From Mobula hypostoma (lineage: Eukaryota), in NCBI RefSeq assembly GCF_963921235.1, contig NC_086097.1, positions 216,444,001 to 216,508,000 on the forward strand: 64,000 nt of DNA, read 5' to 3'. Positions 13,075 to 25,420 of the stretch are shown piece after piece (positions within the stretch are counted from its first letter, which is position 1; each line of letters opens with the position of its first letter). The translations under genes and the position numbers were made by a program. The notes below the pieces were generated by a model. That model did not search any database. It was not told where the DNA came from and saw only the letters and a list, made by a program, of their open reading frames with translations.

Positions 13075-13995
13075 TTAGAGCATTGGCTGATTGCGAGTGG
13101 GAATAAAAGGATCCTTGTCTGATTGGCTGCCAGTGACTAGTGGTGTTACACAGTGGTTGGTGTTGGGACCGCTTCTTTTTATGCTGTATATCAATGATTT
13201 AATTGATGGAATAGATGGCTTTGTTGCCAAGTTTGCAGATGATATGAAGATTGGTGGAGGGGCAGGTAGTGCTGACGAAACAGGTAGGATGCTGAAGGAC
13301 AGATTAGGAGAATGGGCAAGAAAGTGGCAAATGAAATACAGTGTTGGAAAATGCATGGTCATGCACTTTGGGTTAGAAATAAATGTGCAGACTATTTTCT
13401 AAATGGGAGAAAACCCAAAAATCTGAGATGCAGGCAGAGTCAGTGGTGAGGAAGGCAAATGCACTGTTAGCCTTCATTTCAAGAGGTCCAGTGTACAAGA
13501 GTGGGGATGTGATGTTGAGGCTTTATAAGGCACTGGTGAGGCCTCACCTTGAGTATTGTGAACAGTTTTGGGCTCCTCAACTATGAAAAGATGTGCTGGC
13601 ATTGGAGAGGGTTTAGAGGAGGTTTACAAGGATGATTCTGGAAACGAAAGGGTGATCATACGAGGAACGTTTGATAGCTCTGGCAGAGTCTAGGACAAGA
13701 GGGCGCAGCCTCAGGATAGAGGGGTATCAATTTAAAACAGAGATGTGGAGAAATTTGTTTAACCAGAGGGTGGTGAATTTGTGGAATTTGTTACCACAGG
13801 TAGCTGTGGAGTCCAGGTTGTTGGGAGTATATAAGGCAGAGCTTGATAGGTTCTTGACTGGACACAGTGTCAAAGGTTATGAGGAGAAAACAGAGGAGTG
13901 GGGCTGAGGAGAGGGAAAAGGATTAGCTACGATTAGATGGTGGACCAGATTTGATGGGCTAAAGGGCCTAATTCTGCTTCTATGTCTTATGGTCT
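13050..13995 (+). mobile_element. 5'-truncated CR1 LINE (RT C-terminal half plus 3' UTR)
   Basis: VTSGV.Q..VLGPLLF, AKFADD and LYKALVRPHLEYC.QFWAP motifs; ends CTATGTCTTATGGTCT. Confidence 0.9.
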
Positions 13996-15117
13996 GAATA
14001 TTAATTGGATTAAAATTGTTGTATTTGAATTTCCCCTTAATGAATGGAAATTTTCATCTACTCAAAGTTATATGAATGTGGTTTGGTTTGAAATGGTATG
14101 TTTTGTTAACAGAGATGTCTGTTCATTTATTTTCCTTAGGGCAAACTATTGAATGGACTGGAATTGAATGGGTAGTTGAACACATGTCCTTAAATAAAAT
14201 ATTCCAGAAGTAAGAGGTCCAGTGGAGCAATAGGTATCAAATCTGTGCATAAAATTGGAGAAAATCATAGACATTGGTTCTCAATTTTTAGTTTTCTGAA
14301 AGGCCAGTGATGATTAAATCTGTGTTTGAGCGTATGTACAATAAATACCTGTGAGTCCATTCCATACACTCCTCTTTGATAATATTATTGCTTTAAATGT
14401 GAGTTATATCAAAACTGAGTTATTTTCTCAAGATATCCTAAAGGTCTTTAATCAACTTTTGCTGTTGTCAACAGCACTTTCTAAAACAAGGGTTTTATTT
14501 TTGCAAAACATCTAAGGTTATTTTTGTTCTATCTATTTCTATTGTTCTTTTATCTAAATATCTTTTAAGCCCATGCGTACATTTCACTTTGCTTATCAGA
14601 TAAGATATTCCATTATCCTGTTGACTTCTGGCTGACATAAATTTGCCTCACTTAATTTATAACATGTCTCCTGACATTTGACCCTCATTGTAGTTAATAA
14701 CTTGCTCGAGCTGATTTTGTCCATTCATTCATAACCCTGAAAACTTCATTAAGATAACCACAATATCTCCTCTTTCAAAACAAAACAAGCCTCCAACTAT
14801 TTATCTAAAACTTAACTATGAAACTTGATGGTTAGTTTCCAAATGTGTGACTCTGCAAGCTTAGCTTGATGTGACTGTTAGCATACCAGCATACTTTCGT
14901 AAATTCTCACACTCAATAATCTCTTCTACAAGTTGGCCTCCATGGCTGCTATACAAAGACGGAAATCAAAAGACAAGATACTCTATATGTTGATTGACTG
15001 GCTCTCGACTGTATCTGTTCCTTTTCCTGCACTCCTGCTCTCACCCCTCTCGATACTCAACCAGAAGGAGGGGAGGATTCCCTACGTCTTCTCCCTCCAC
15101 TCCACCAGCCAATCATC

Positions 15118-15670
15118 TGAGCACCTTCGCTCCGTCTGGTGCAGAAGGCAGGATCTCCCATTCCCACACTGACATGTCTGTCCGTGCCCTCCTCTACTGC
15201 CCCAGTGGGGCTAAGCACAGACTGGAGGAGCAACACTCACATTCCATCTGGGTAGTCTCCGGCCTAATGGCATGAACATTAATTTCTCTAACTTCCAATA
15301 ACCACATCCTTCCATCCCTTCCCCCTTCCTCTTTCTTTGCTTTCCCCCATTCTGGTTACACTATCACTTTTTCACCTCCCCTGCCTATCACCTCCCTCTG
15401 GTTCCCCACCTACTTCACTTTATTCCACTATCCTCTCCTATTAGATTCCTTCTTCTTCTGCTCTTCACCTCTTCTACATATCACCTCCCCAGCTTTTCAC
15501 AAACTCCCACCTTCCACCTCACCTGGTCAGCCCTTCCCCCACCTCCTTATTCTAGCTTCTGCCCCCTTCCTTTCCTATCCTGATTGAGAGTCTGGACCCG
15601 AAACATCAACTGTTTATTTCCGTCACAGATGCTGACTGACTTGCTGAGTTCCTCCAGCATTTTGTGTGCG
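15118..15670 (+). mobile_element. Penelope-like element 3' remnant (GIY-YIG C-terminus plus terminal repeat)
   Basis: EHLRSV...SHSHTDMSV...LEEQH motifs, pyrimidine-rich tract, degenerate hammerhead-like motif near 15577-15612, CTGAGTTCCTCCAGCATTTTGTGTG end. Confidence 0.7.
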
Positions 15671-15676
15671 TGGATT

Positions 15677-16140
15677 AGAACACAGAACATAGAAATCTGC
15701 AGCGCGTTACAGGCCCTTCGTCACACAATGTTGTGCCGACCATGTAACCTACTCTAGAAACTGCCTAAAATTACCCTACCACTAAGTCCTCTATTTTTCT
15801 AAGTTCCATGCAACTCTTAGGAGTCTCTTAAAAGACCCTATTGTATCCGCCTCCACCACCACCACTGGCAGCCACCGCTCTGTGTGAAAAATTACCCCTG
15901 ACATCCCCCCCTGTACTTACTTCCAAGCACCTTAAAACTATGCCCCCTCAGGTTAGCCATTTCAGCCCCGGGAAAAAGCCTCTGACTATCCACACGATTA
16001 ATGCCTCTCATTATCTTATACACCTCTGTCAGGTCACCTCTCATCCTCCGTTGTTCCAAGGAGAAAAGGCCAAGTTCACTCATCTTATTCTCATAAGGCA
16101 TGCTCCCCAATCCAGGCAACATCCTTGTAAATCTCTTCTG
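15677..16140 (-). mobile_element. CR1 LINE 3' fragment
   Basis: QKRFTRMLPGL...LGLFSLEQRRMRGDLTEVYKIM motif; AGAACATAGAA tail complement at the left end. Confidence 0.85.
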
Positions 16141-16861
16141 CATTCTTCCTATATTGTCCATAATTTCCCCACCTTCAGCATGATACCACTATTGGTCATG
16201 TCTTCCCTTTCTACCCTCTTTATCATTCAAAAGGGGATGGTTCCTCTGCAACTCCCTGGTTCACTCTTTCACTTGTACCAATGCTGCTCTCCTTCTCACG
16301 TCACCTTCCATGAAATTGATCAAGATGCCCCGTTACCACTTTCCTTCAGAGACCCAACTGCTTCTTGCTGATCAAGCAGCAATTCACTTGTACTTCTACC
16401 TTAGTGTATTCTATCATGGTTCTTGATGTAGTCTTTCAATACTGGGGATGAAACAAATGCAGATTTATCCACAAGAGTGAGCCAAAACTTCCAGCCACCT
16501 ATCATTTCAACTATCCAACCCATCCAAGGCCAACCTCTCTGCTATTTGACCTCTTGCATGTCATCAATTGATAAGGCACGCTACAGGTTTTGGAATATTG
16601 AAGGCAACACTGTCAGATAATCAGCCTTTCCAGTCTGTACAACTGTCCACCTCTAATGAAAAGTCATCAGCTTGTAACAGTAACTCTTTCTAACATCTTC
16701 GCAGGTGCTGCCTACTTACAGAGTGTTCCTCAGAGTCTCGGTCCTGAAGAAGGATCTCGGCATGAAACGTCACATTCTGCTGTGTTGCTGAGCATGTCTA
16801 ACATTCTAATGTTTAACCAGGTTTCCAACATCAGTGTCATTTAGTCTCATCAGTGTCATCT

Positions 16862-17555
16862 GTGAGACCCAATGTAGATAGGGAGACTGCTTCGCCAAGC
16901 ACTTATGCTCCATCCACCAGAAAAAGCAGGTTTTCCCGGAGGCCATCCATTTTAATTCTACTTCCCATTCCCATTCTGACATGTCAGTCCATGGCCTCCT
17001 CTACTGCCGCGATGAGGCCACATGCTGGTTGAAGGAGCAATATCTTATATTCTGCCTGGGTAACCTCCAACCTAATAACATGAAGACCAATCTCTCGAAC
17101 TTCTGGTAACTCGAACACCACCCCCCACCCCTCACCATTCCCCATCCCCCTTTCCGTCTCTCACCTTATCTCCTTACCTGTCCATCACCTCCCTGTGGTG
17201 TTCCTCCCCCTTCCCTTTCTTCCATGGCTTTCTGCCCTCTCCTATCAGATTTCCCCTTCTCCAGCCCTTCATTTCCTCACCAATCTACTTCCCAGCTCTT
17301 TACTTCACCCCTCCCCTTCTCCCAATTTCACTTATCTCCTACCACCTTGTACTTCTTCCACCCCTCCCCCCACCCTCTTACTTGGACATCCCATCTTTTT
17401 TCTCCAGTCCTGATGAAGGGTCTCGGCCCGAAACGTTGACTGTTTCCTCTTTTCCATAGATGATGCCTGGCCTGCTGGTTTCCTCCAGCATTTTGTATGC
17501 GTTGTTCATGTAACACGCTGTAAGATTTCCAGCAGCTGCAGATTTTCCCATTTGT
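16862..17555 (+). mobile_element. Penelope-like element 3' remnant (GIY-YIG C-terminus plus terminal repeat with hammerhead)
   Basis: HFNSTSHSHSDMSVHGLLYCRDEA...EQYLIFCLGNLQP motif, then a pyrimidine-rich UTR and the hammerhead at 17405. Confidence 0.8.
17405..17442 (+). ncRNA. Minimal type I hammerhead ribozyme motif (Penelope-associated)
   Basis: CAGTC-CTGATGA-A-GGG-TCTCGG-CCC-GAAAC-GTT-GACTG: stem I CAGTC/GACTG, core CUGAUGA and GAAA, stem II GGG/CCC, loop-less palindromic stem III (ACGU), putative cleavage after GUU. Confidence 0.8.
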
Positions 17556-18687
17556 CATTCGGTCTTTCTACACTTTATCCCATATTCTGGGTTGTTCCCT
17601 GCATCCCCTCGACTTGCTGTGCCACTTGAAATATGTTTGCCTTCAAATGTTTCTGATGAAAAGTCATAGACCCTAGAAGTTAATTCTGTTTCTCTCCCCA
17701 CAGTTGCTGCCTGGGTATTTCCAACATTTTCCATTTTTGTTCTAATGCAGGTTCTGTCATCAATACAGCCAGATTTAGACTTGTTATTTGCTGCTTTGCT
17801 AGAACAACCTTGTGCTTCACTTTTTTCATTAACTGCAGCTAAATACTGTGCTGACTGTTTCATAATTGACCAATTCTGATCTTAAGAACTCTTCTAATTA
17901 GTGCCCCGCACCATTACTCCCTGCAGTATGTTTCCTGCTTTGTTCCATCCCTAATGGTTTTGTGTTCAATTGTTTGCAAGAGCCGTGATGATCCATTTAA
18001 ATGTAATTAAGGTGATCACATGCTGAAGTGTAATGTAGGGAAAAGGACAGCCAGGTTTCGTATTGAAATTTTCTTACAGGATTTGGATATCGGTGGCAAG
18101 GCTGAACCCAAGTACCCCCTTAACTGTGCGGCTTGCTATCAGATTTGAGTCAACATCATTCTTTGGTGCCACTGTAGATCAGCATGGTGAAACGTGCAAG
18201 TCTCTTATACAAGCTATGTTAAGTATAGCGATATAAGCTACACTTAAATTACTTGAATTTAAAGTTTTGAATTCACATGTGTCAGTCAAGGTCTCTGGAG
18301 AATAGCCAGAATAGAAACTGCCATGCTACAATATATACAGAACAAACACAAATAAACAGCGGTAGGATACGCACCATGTCCATAGGAACGCTGGAGGGAA
18401 CTCCAAGTGGATTTTCCCCTGCCATTCTACAAAGTAATGCATGCAATCATGGCCACTGACTCCTGAGGAAGGAGGTGGTATCACAGCTCAAATTCACAGT
18501 GAAGCTGGCACCTCCAACGGAGAAGTATCCCTTTGGACTACATTGTTACCTCAATCTAGATCGTTTAGCTCAAATCACTGGAATGGACTTTTGAGTGTCA
18601 AAGTCATGGAGAACATGGGCTGGATTGTGTTGGACATTGGCTCCCAGTCCATCCAAGGGTCCTTCCAAGGGTTCAGCCTGTTTTCCA

Positions 18688-18761
18688 CTTCAGCCTGTTT
18701 TCCACTTCTTTGTATGTCATGTATTCACATGACATACAAAGAAGTGGAAAACAGGCTGAAG
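18688..18761. repeat. Perfect 35-bp inverted repeat with 4-nt loop
   Basis: CTTCAGCCTGTTTTCCACTTCTTTGTATGTCATGT-attc-ACATGACATACAAAGAAGTGGAAAACAGGCTGAAG. Confidence 0.95.
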
Positions 18762-18837
18762 GCTGGATGCTGTTACCTCAGATCTCTTGCTCCATCCATG
18801 ACAGGATTTGTTTCTGAATCAGCCTGAGCTGGATATA

Positions 18838-19070
18838 ACGCAAACAACAGGAATTCTGCAGATGCTGGAAATTCAAGCAACACACATCAAAGTTGCTGGT
18901 GAACGCAGCAGGCCAAGCAGCATCTATAGGAAGAGGCGCAGTCGACGTTTCAGGCCGAGACCCTTCGTCAGGACTTCCTGACGAAGGGTCTCGGCCTGAA
19001 ACGTCGACTGCGCCTCTTCCTATAGATGCTGCTTGGCCTGCTGCGTTCACCAGCAACTTTGATGTGTGTT
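18838..19070. mobile_element. Palindromic Penelope-like terminal-repeat insertion with 16-bp TSD
   Basis: 97-bp arms 18877-18973 and 18976-19072 with a 2-nt spacer; TSD GCCTGAGCTGGATATA at 18822-18837 and 19071-19086; each arm has CTGACGAAGGGTCTCGGCCTGAAACGTCGACTG. Confidence 0.9.
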
Positions 19071-19729
19071 GCCTGAGCTGGATATACTTTGGTCACTCTG
19101 GTTTGCACTAGTCATGGCTGGCATGTCTGGCATTGCCCCATTCATTTCAATGGATCATTGATCTTCATTATAAAGTTAAGTAAATTGTCCTTCATTGTCA
19201 CTGGGTCGAATCATGGAATTCCCCCCGTGACAGCACTGTGAGTGTAGCACACAACAGGGACAGCAGCAGTTCAAGAAGGCAACTCATCACCACCTTCTCA
19301 AGGGCAATAAATGCTGGCATAGCTGGCAAGGCCCACATCCTGTAAATGAATACATTTTTAAAAAGTGAAGATGAAATTTTTGCTTCCTTTTCTCTGTTTT
19401 ACTCTCTTTGCTTTTGATAAATTTGCATTGATTTAATTTAATTTAACTAAATTGTATTTTATGTTTAATTAATTGCTAAAGAATGTCTAATTTTTTAATT
19501 AATTAAATGCACAAGCTGCCAAATCCGTCAGGACAGTATTGGTAGGAATTGGGGAGGGGAGGGGTTAGAGTGTACTGCCCGATACCCAGGTGCTGTGTCC
19601 AGACTGCAGTTCCAATCCTCGGGATGGCCACAGTGACGAGGTCTCCAGGATATAGGTGCTGTAAGGCCACAAGATAGAAGTGCAATCAATGTAAGTATGT
19701 CAGAGTTTTACCCAATATATTCACAAAGT

Positions 19730-20095
19730 ATCACATACCATCACAGGTACAACCTTCCCTGCCATCGAAGAGATCTTTAAGAGGACGTGCATCAAGAAGG
19801 CAGCCTCTTTGATTAAAGACCCTCATCATCCGGGATATGCCCTCCTCACATTACTACCATCAGAGTGGAAGTACAGCAGCTTGTGGGCGCACACTCAATG
19901 TTTTAACAATAGCGTCTTCCCCTCCACTATCAAATTTCTGAATGGCGCATGAACCAATGAACATTAACTCATTATTCGCCATTTGCTCCATTTACTTTGT
20001 AACCTTTAGTACATTTTATGTTTTGCACGGTACTACTGCTGCAAAACAACAAATTTGATGGCATATGTCAGTGATAATCAATGTGATTCTGACTC
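19730..20095 (+). mobile_element. Rex/Babar- or L2-like LINE 3' fragment
   Basis: ITGTTFPAIEEIFKRTCIKKAASLIKDPHHPG-like reading, followed by a (GATTCT)-type tail. Confidence 0.6.
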
Positions 20096-20177
20096 CGTTA
20101 CACTTTGATTGCTGTCTTACACTCCAGATAACTGTATTCTTTCCTGTGTATTTGTTGAAGCCAATAAATATACTGTA

Positions 20178-21644
20178 CACTCAGTGGCCAGTTTATTAGG
20201 TACCTCCTGTATGTCATTGGCACATACATATATAGCTAGGGTGCCTAAGACTTTTGCACAGTACTGAATCTGTTAATGTGGAGCCGAGAGCGAGTTTGTA
20301 AGTCTGGCTGGAGCAAAGAATGTTAAGAATGGCAAGGGTGGAGCGCAGCGGGAGGGTGTGGGACACGTGACAGAGGAGTGCCAGGGCGGGGGATGGCACG
20401 GGTGCAGACACATCCAGGCAAGGTTATTGGACTCCAAACAATTGGTTTATTGATCATTAGAGAATGTCTCTCCAGTACTTCCCACTTCCTCTCCTCTCCC
20501 TTCTCCTTTTCCCTACCATGACTCCCTTCTCCCTGCCCCCTTCCCACTCTCAGTCCACAATAGAGACCCATATCAAAATCATGTTTATCAACACTCAGGT
20601 ATATCATGAAATTTGTTTTGTTTTGTGGCAGCAGTGTAGTGCAAGACATAAAATTACTGCAGTACTGTACAAAAGTTATGGGCACTCTAGCTATGCCTAT
20701 GACTTTTGCACAGTACTGTATGTTCATGGTCGTCTGTTGCTATAACCCATCCACTTCGAGATTCAACGTGTTGTGCATGCAGAGATGCTCTTCCTCACAA
20801 CGCTATTGTAATGTGTCATTTGTTGCCTTCCTGTCAGCTTGGATCAGTCTAGCTGTTTTCCTTTGACTTCTGTCATTATCAAGGCATTTTCACCCATAGA
20901 ATTGTTGCTCAACAGATGTGTTTTTTGTTTTTCACACCATTCTCTGTAAACTCTAGAGACTGTTGTGGGTGAAAATCACAGGGGATCAGCAGTTTCTGAG
21001 GTACTCGAACTACCCTGACTGGTATCAACAATCATTCCACAGTCAAAGCCATTTCTTCCCCATTCTGCTGTCTGGTCTGAACAACAGCTGAACTTCTTGC
21101 AACAGATAAAAGTTGCTGGTGAACGCAGCAGGCCAGGCAGCATCTCTAGGAAGAGGTACAGTCGACATTTCGGGCCGAGACCCTTCGTCAGGACTAACTG
21201 AAGGAAGAGTTAGTAAGAGATTTGAAAGTGGGAGGGGGAGGGGGAGATCCGAAATGATAGGAGAAGACAGGAGGGGGTGGGATGGAGCCAAGAGCTGGAC
21301 AGTTGATTGGCAAAAGGGATATGAGAGGATTATGGGATGGGAGGCCTAGGGAGAAAGAAAAGGGGGAGGGGGATGCCCAGAGGATGGGCAAGGGGTATAG
21401 TCAGAGGGACAGAGGGAGAAAAAGGAGAGAGAGAAAAAGAATGTGTGTATATAAATAAGTAAATAAATATCAGATGGGGTACGAGGGGGAGGTGGGGCAT
21501 TAGCGGAAGTTTGAGAAGTCAATGAACTTCTTGACCATGTCTGCATGCTTTTATGCATTGAGCTGCTGCCACGTGATTGGCTGATTAGATATTTGTATCA
21601 ATGAGCAGGTGCACAACTGTGTCTAATGAAGTGTCCCAGAAGGG
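20178..21644 (-). mobile_element. Tc1-derived non-autonomous element carrying nested insertions
   Basis: TA-CACTCAGTGGCCAGTTTATT at the left end; interior is the reverse complement of 6812-7331. Interrupted by CAGTACTG..CAAAAG mini-MITE sequences (~20232-20267, 20660-20720) and a Penelope fragment. Confidence 0.65.
21100..21522 (-). mobile_element. Penelope-like terminal fragment with hammerhead motif (21160-21195) and 11-bp TSD
   Basis: TSD TGAACTTCTTG at 21089-21099 and 21523-21533; minus strand AGTC-CTGACGA-AGGGTCTCGGCCC-GAAAT-GTC-GACT. Confidence 0.85.
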
Positions 21645-22729
21645 TATATTAAAGAGAGACACAAAATTTGACAGATGCTGGAATCTAGAGCAACAGACAA
21701 TCTGCAGGAGGAATGCCTCTGATCAAGCAGCATTTGTGGTAGGAAAGGGACTGCCGATGTTTCAGGTCAAAAGCCTGCATCAGGACTCTGGCAGCAAAGA
21801 CAAGTGCTGGGAACGGGCATGTGGCTGTGGTAGTGAGGCTTGGCTAGGACACGCTCAAAGAGCTGGAGGGCAGTGGGAGGGGGTCTCCCGAAACTTCTGT
21901 TGGAGAAAGGAAGAAAACCCCTTCAGCGTCAGCACACCTTGAAGAGACTTCAGAGTGGAATACTAAAATGGAGACTCAAGACATTACTGATGCTGGAAAC
22001 CAGAGCAACGAACAATCTGCGGGAGCTTGAAAAGTACCCATGGGAGGAAAGGAATTGTCAATGTTTCAGGTTAAAACCCTGCATCAGGACTGACAACGTT
22101 TAGTATTCGTGTTAGCTCTTGTGAAGACTTTGCAATATAGTCCTTCGTATCATTGTGCCCATGAAATGATATTACACGTTATAAAAAATTAATAGAAGCC
22201 AACTTCTAGGGCCAGCATGGCGTACCTACAATGCTCAGCAGAACACAGAGAAACCAACAAAACAGAACACAATAAACAACAAAATAACAGCAGCAAACAT
22301 TCCTTCTTCATCACCAGACTGAAACCCTCAGACCTCTGCCACCAGCACTGTAGGATCACCTTCACCGGACCTTCAGCAGCCAGTTCAGGAAGGCAGCTGA
22401 TCACCACTTTCTCAATGGTACTGAGAGGCATGTGATAAAGGCTGGCCTTCCTAGTAAAGCTCACATCCTAAACCAAATCACTTGCAGTGAATCCTCATTA
22501 CTTACCAGTGATAGAGACCCAGGCTTCCCACAGGTAACAAGAACACATAGATAACCTGTCCATGGGTGCAAAAACTTTAATGCAAGTGTCAACTTGCCAA
22601 AGTCCTCGTATTCATGATCCACGTACAGGCTCCAGGCACACATTGACTATTGATATAAAATAATTTCCCGCACAGAATATCGAATGCAGTTCAATACTGT
22701 ATATATCATTCAGGATTCCTGAAGACCGT

Positions 22730-25420
22730 AAGACATAGGAGAACAATTAGGCCATTCAGCCCATCAAGTCTGTTATGTCATTCCATCATGAATTATTTAT
22801 TATTTCTCTCAACCCCATTCTCCTTCCTTCTCGCTGTAACCTTTCACACTCTTACTCATCAAGAACCTATCAACCTCTGCTTTAAATACTGTGTACTCAA
22901 TGACTTGACCTCCATAATTGTATGTGGCAAAGAATTTCAGATCCACTGTCCTCTGGATAAAGAAATTTCTCCTCATCTCTGTTCTAAATGGATGTCCCTC
23001 TATTCTGAAACTATCCCCTTTGGTCCTGGACTCACTCACATAATGCAAGCAGGCTTTTTCGACTGAGGCAAGGGGAGAAAAAAACCAGAGGACATGGGTT
23101 AATGGTGAGGGGGCAAAAGTTTAAAGGGAACATTAGCAGGGGCTTCTTCACACAGAGAGTGGTGGGAGTATGGAATGAGCTGCCAGATGAGGTGGTAAAT
23201 GCGGGTTCTTTATTAACATTTAAGAATAAATTGGACAAATACATGGATAGGAGGTTTATGGAGGGATATGGTCCGGGTGCAGGTCAGTGGGACTAGGTAG
23301 AAAATGGTTCGGCACAGCCAAGATGGGCCAAAAGGCCTGTTTCTATGCTGTAGTTTCTATGGTTTCTATGGTTTCTAATAGGAAATATATAGTGTTCCCC
23401 CATAACCATTCTAACCAGACCTTTCAATATTCGGTAGGTTTCAATGAAATCCCCCATCATTCTTCTAGACTCCATCAAATGCAGACCAAGAACCATCAAA
23501 CACTCCCCAAACTTTAACCCTTTCATTCCCACAAACATTGCCCTGAATTTCTTCTGGAACCTCTCCAATTTCAGGACATCTTTTCTTATAAAAGGGGCCC
23601 AAAATTGTTCACAATATTTCAAGTTTAGTCTGACTAACGCCTTAAAAAACCTCAACATTACATCCTTGTTCTTATATTCCAGTCTCTCAAACTGAATGCT
23701 AACATTGTATTTGTCATCCTTACCACCGACTCAACCTACAAGTTAACCTTTAGGGAAGCCTGCACAAGGCTCACAAGTCCTTTTGTCCCTATGCACCTCT
23801 GATTTTTGAATTTTTTACCCATTTGGAAAATAGCCTACACCTTTATTCCTTCTAGCAGAATGCATGACCATACACTTCCTTACACTATATTCGATCTGCC
23901 ACTTCTTTGCCAATTCTCCTAACCTGTCTAATCCCTTCTGCAGACATTATGCTTTCTCAACATAACTTGGCCCTCCACCTACCTTCATATCATCCACAAA
24001 CTTGGCCACAAAGCAATCAATTCCTTCATCCAAATCATTGAAATATAAAGTATAAACAAGTGGTCTCAACAATGATGCCTATGCCCACTAGTCATTAACA
24101 GCCAAACAGAATGCCCCCCCCCTTTATTCCCACTCTTTGCCTCCTGCAGTCAGCCAAACTTCCATCCATGCCTATATCTTTCCTGTAATACCATGGACTC
24201 TTATCTAGTTAAGAAGACTCATGTGTGTCACCTTGTCAAAGGCATTCTGAAAACCCAAGTAAACAACATTTACTGACACTCCTTTGTCTAACTTGCCTGT
24301 TATTTCCTCAAGGAATTCCAACAGATTTGTCAGGCAAGTTTTCCTCTTAAGGAAACCTTGCTGACTTGGGCCTATTGTATTATGTGCCTCCAAGTACCTG
24401 GAAACCTCATCCTAATAATAAGACATATGACATAAGAGCAGAATTAGGCTATTTGGCCTATCAAGTCTGCTGCCATTTCATCATGGCCCCAATCTCCTAC
24501 CTTCTCCCTGTATCCCCTCATGCCCTAGCCATCAAGAATCTATCAAACTCTGCCTTAAATGTACATAAAAACTTGGCCTCCACAGCTGTCTGTGGCAAAG
24601 AATTCCACAGATTCACCACTCTCTGGCTAAAAAAATTCTTTCTCATTTCCATTCTAAAAGAACACCCCCCTATTCTGTGGGTGTGTCCTCTGGTCTTAGA
24701 CTCTCCCACCACAGGAAACATTCTCTCCACATCCACTTTATCAAAGTCTTTCACCATTCGATAGTTTCACTTAGCTCACCCTCATTCTTCTAAATTCCAG
24801 TGAATACAGGCCCAGAGCCATCAGATGTTCTTCATATAACAAGCCGTTCAAACCTGGAATCATTTTTGTGAACCTCCTTTGAACCCGCTCCATTTTCAGT
24901 AAATCCTTTCTAAGATAAGGGGCCCAAGTAGACGCCATCATCTTCCCAACCACTGAGGTCGGGCTAACTGGCCTATAATTTCCTTTCTTCTGCGTCCCTC
25001 CCTTCTTGAAGAGTGGAGTGACATTTGCAATTTTCCAGTCTTCCAGTGATTCTTGAAAGATCATTACAAATGCCTCCAAAGCCTCTTCAGCTACCTCTTT
25101 CAAAACCCTAGGGTGTAGCCCATCTGGACCAAGTGACTTGCCTACCTTCAGAACTTTCAATTTTTCAAGCACCTTCTCCTTAGGAATAGCAGCAATGCTC
25201 TCTTCTGCCCCCAACACTCTTGAAGTTCTAGCATATTACTAGTGTCTTCCATAGTGAAGACTGGAGCAAAATACCTATTAAGTTTGTCTGCCATTTCTTT
25301 TCCCCCATTACCATCCCTCCATTGTCATTTTCCAGTGATCTGATATCCACTCTCACCTCTCTTTCACTCTTTATATATTTGAAAAAACTTTTATTATGCT
25401 CTTTTATACCATTGGCTACT
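22730..25420 (-). mobile_element. Cluster of nested CR1 LINE fragments (mostly minus strand; plus-strand 3' end at ~23050-23377)
   Basis: ORF2 motifs GPDGLHPRVLKEVA, DWKIANVTPLFKKG, GNYRPVS, QQGFLKRKTCLTNLLEF, RNFFSQRVVNLWNSLP; several tail junctions. Confidence 0.85.

Noticed and set aside
18778..19111. Two near-identical ORFs on opposite strands (MLVNAAGQAAS...)
   Set aside because: A direct consequence of the DNA palindrome; not protein-coding evidence.
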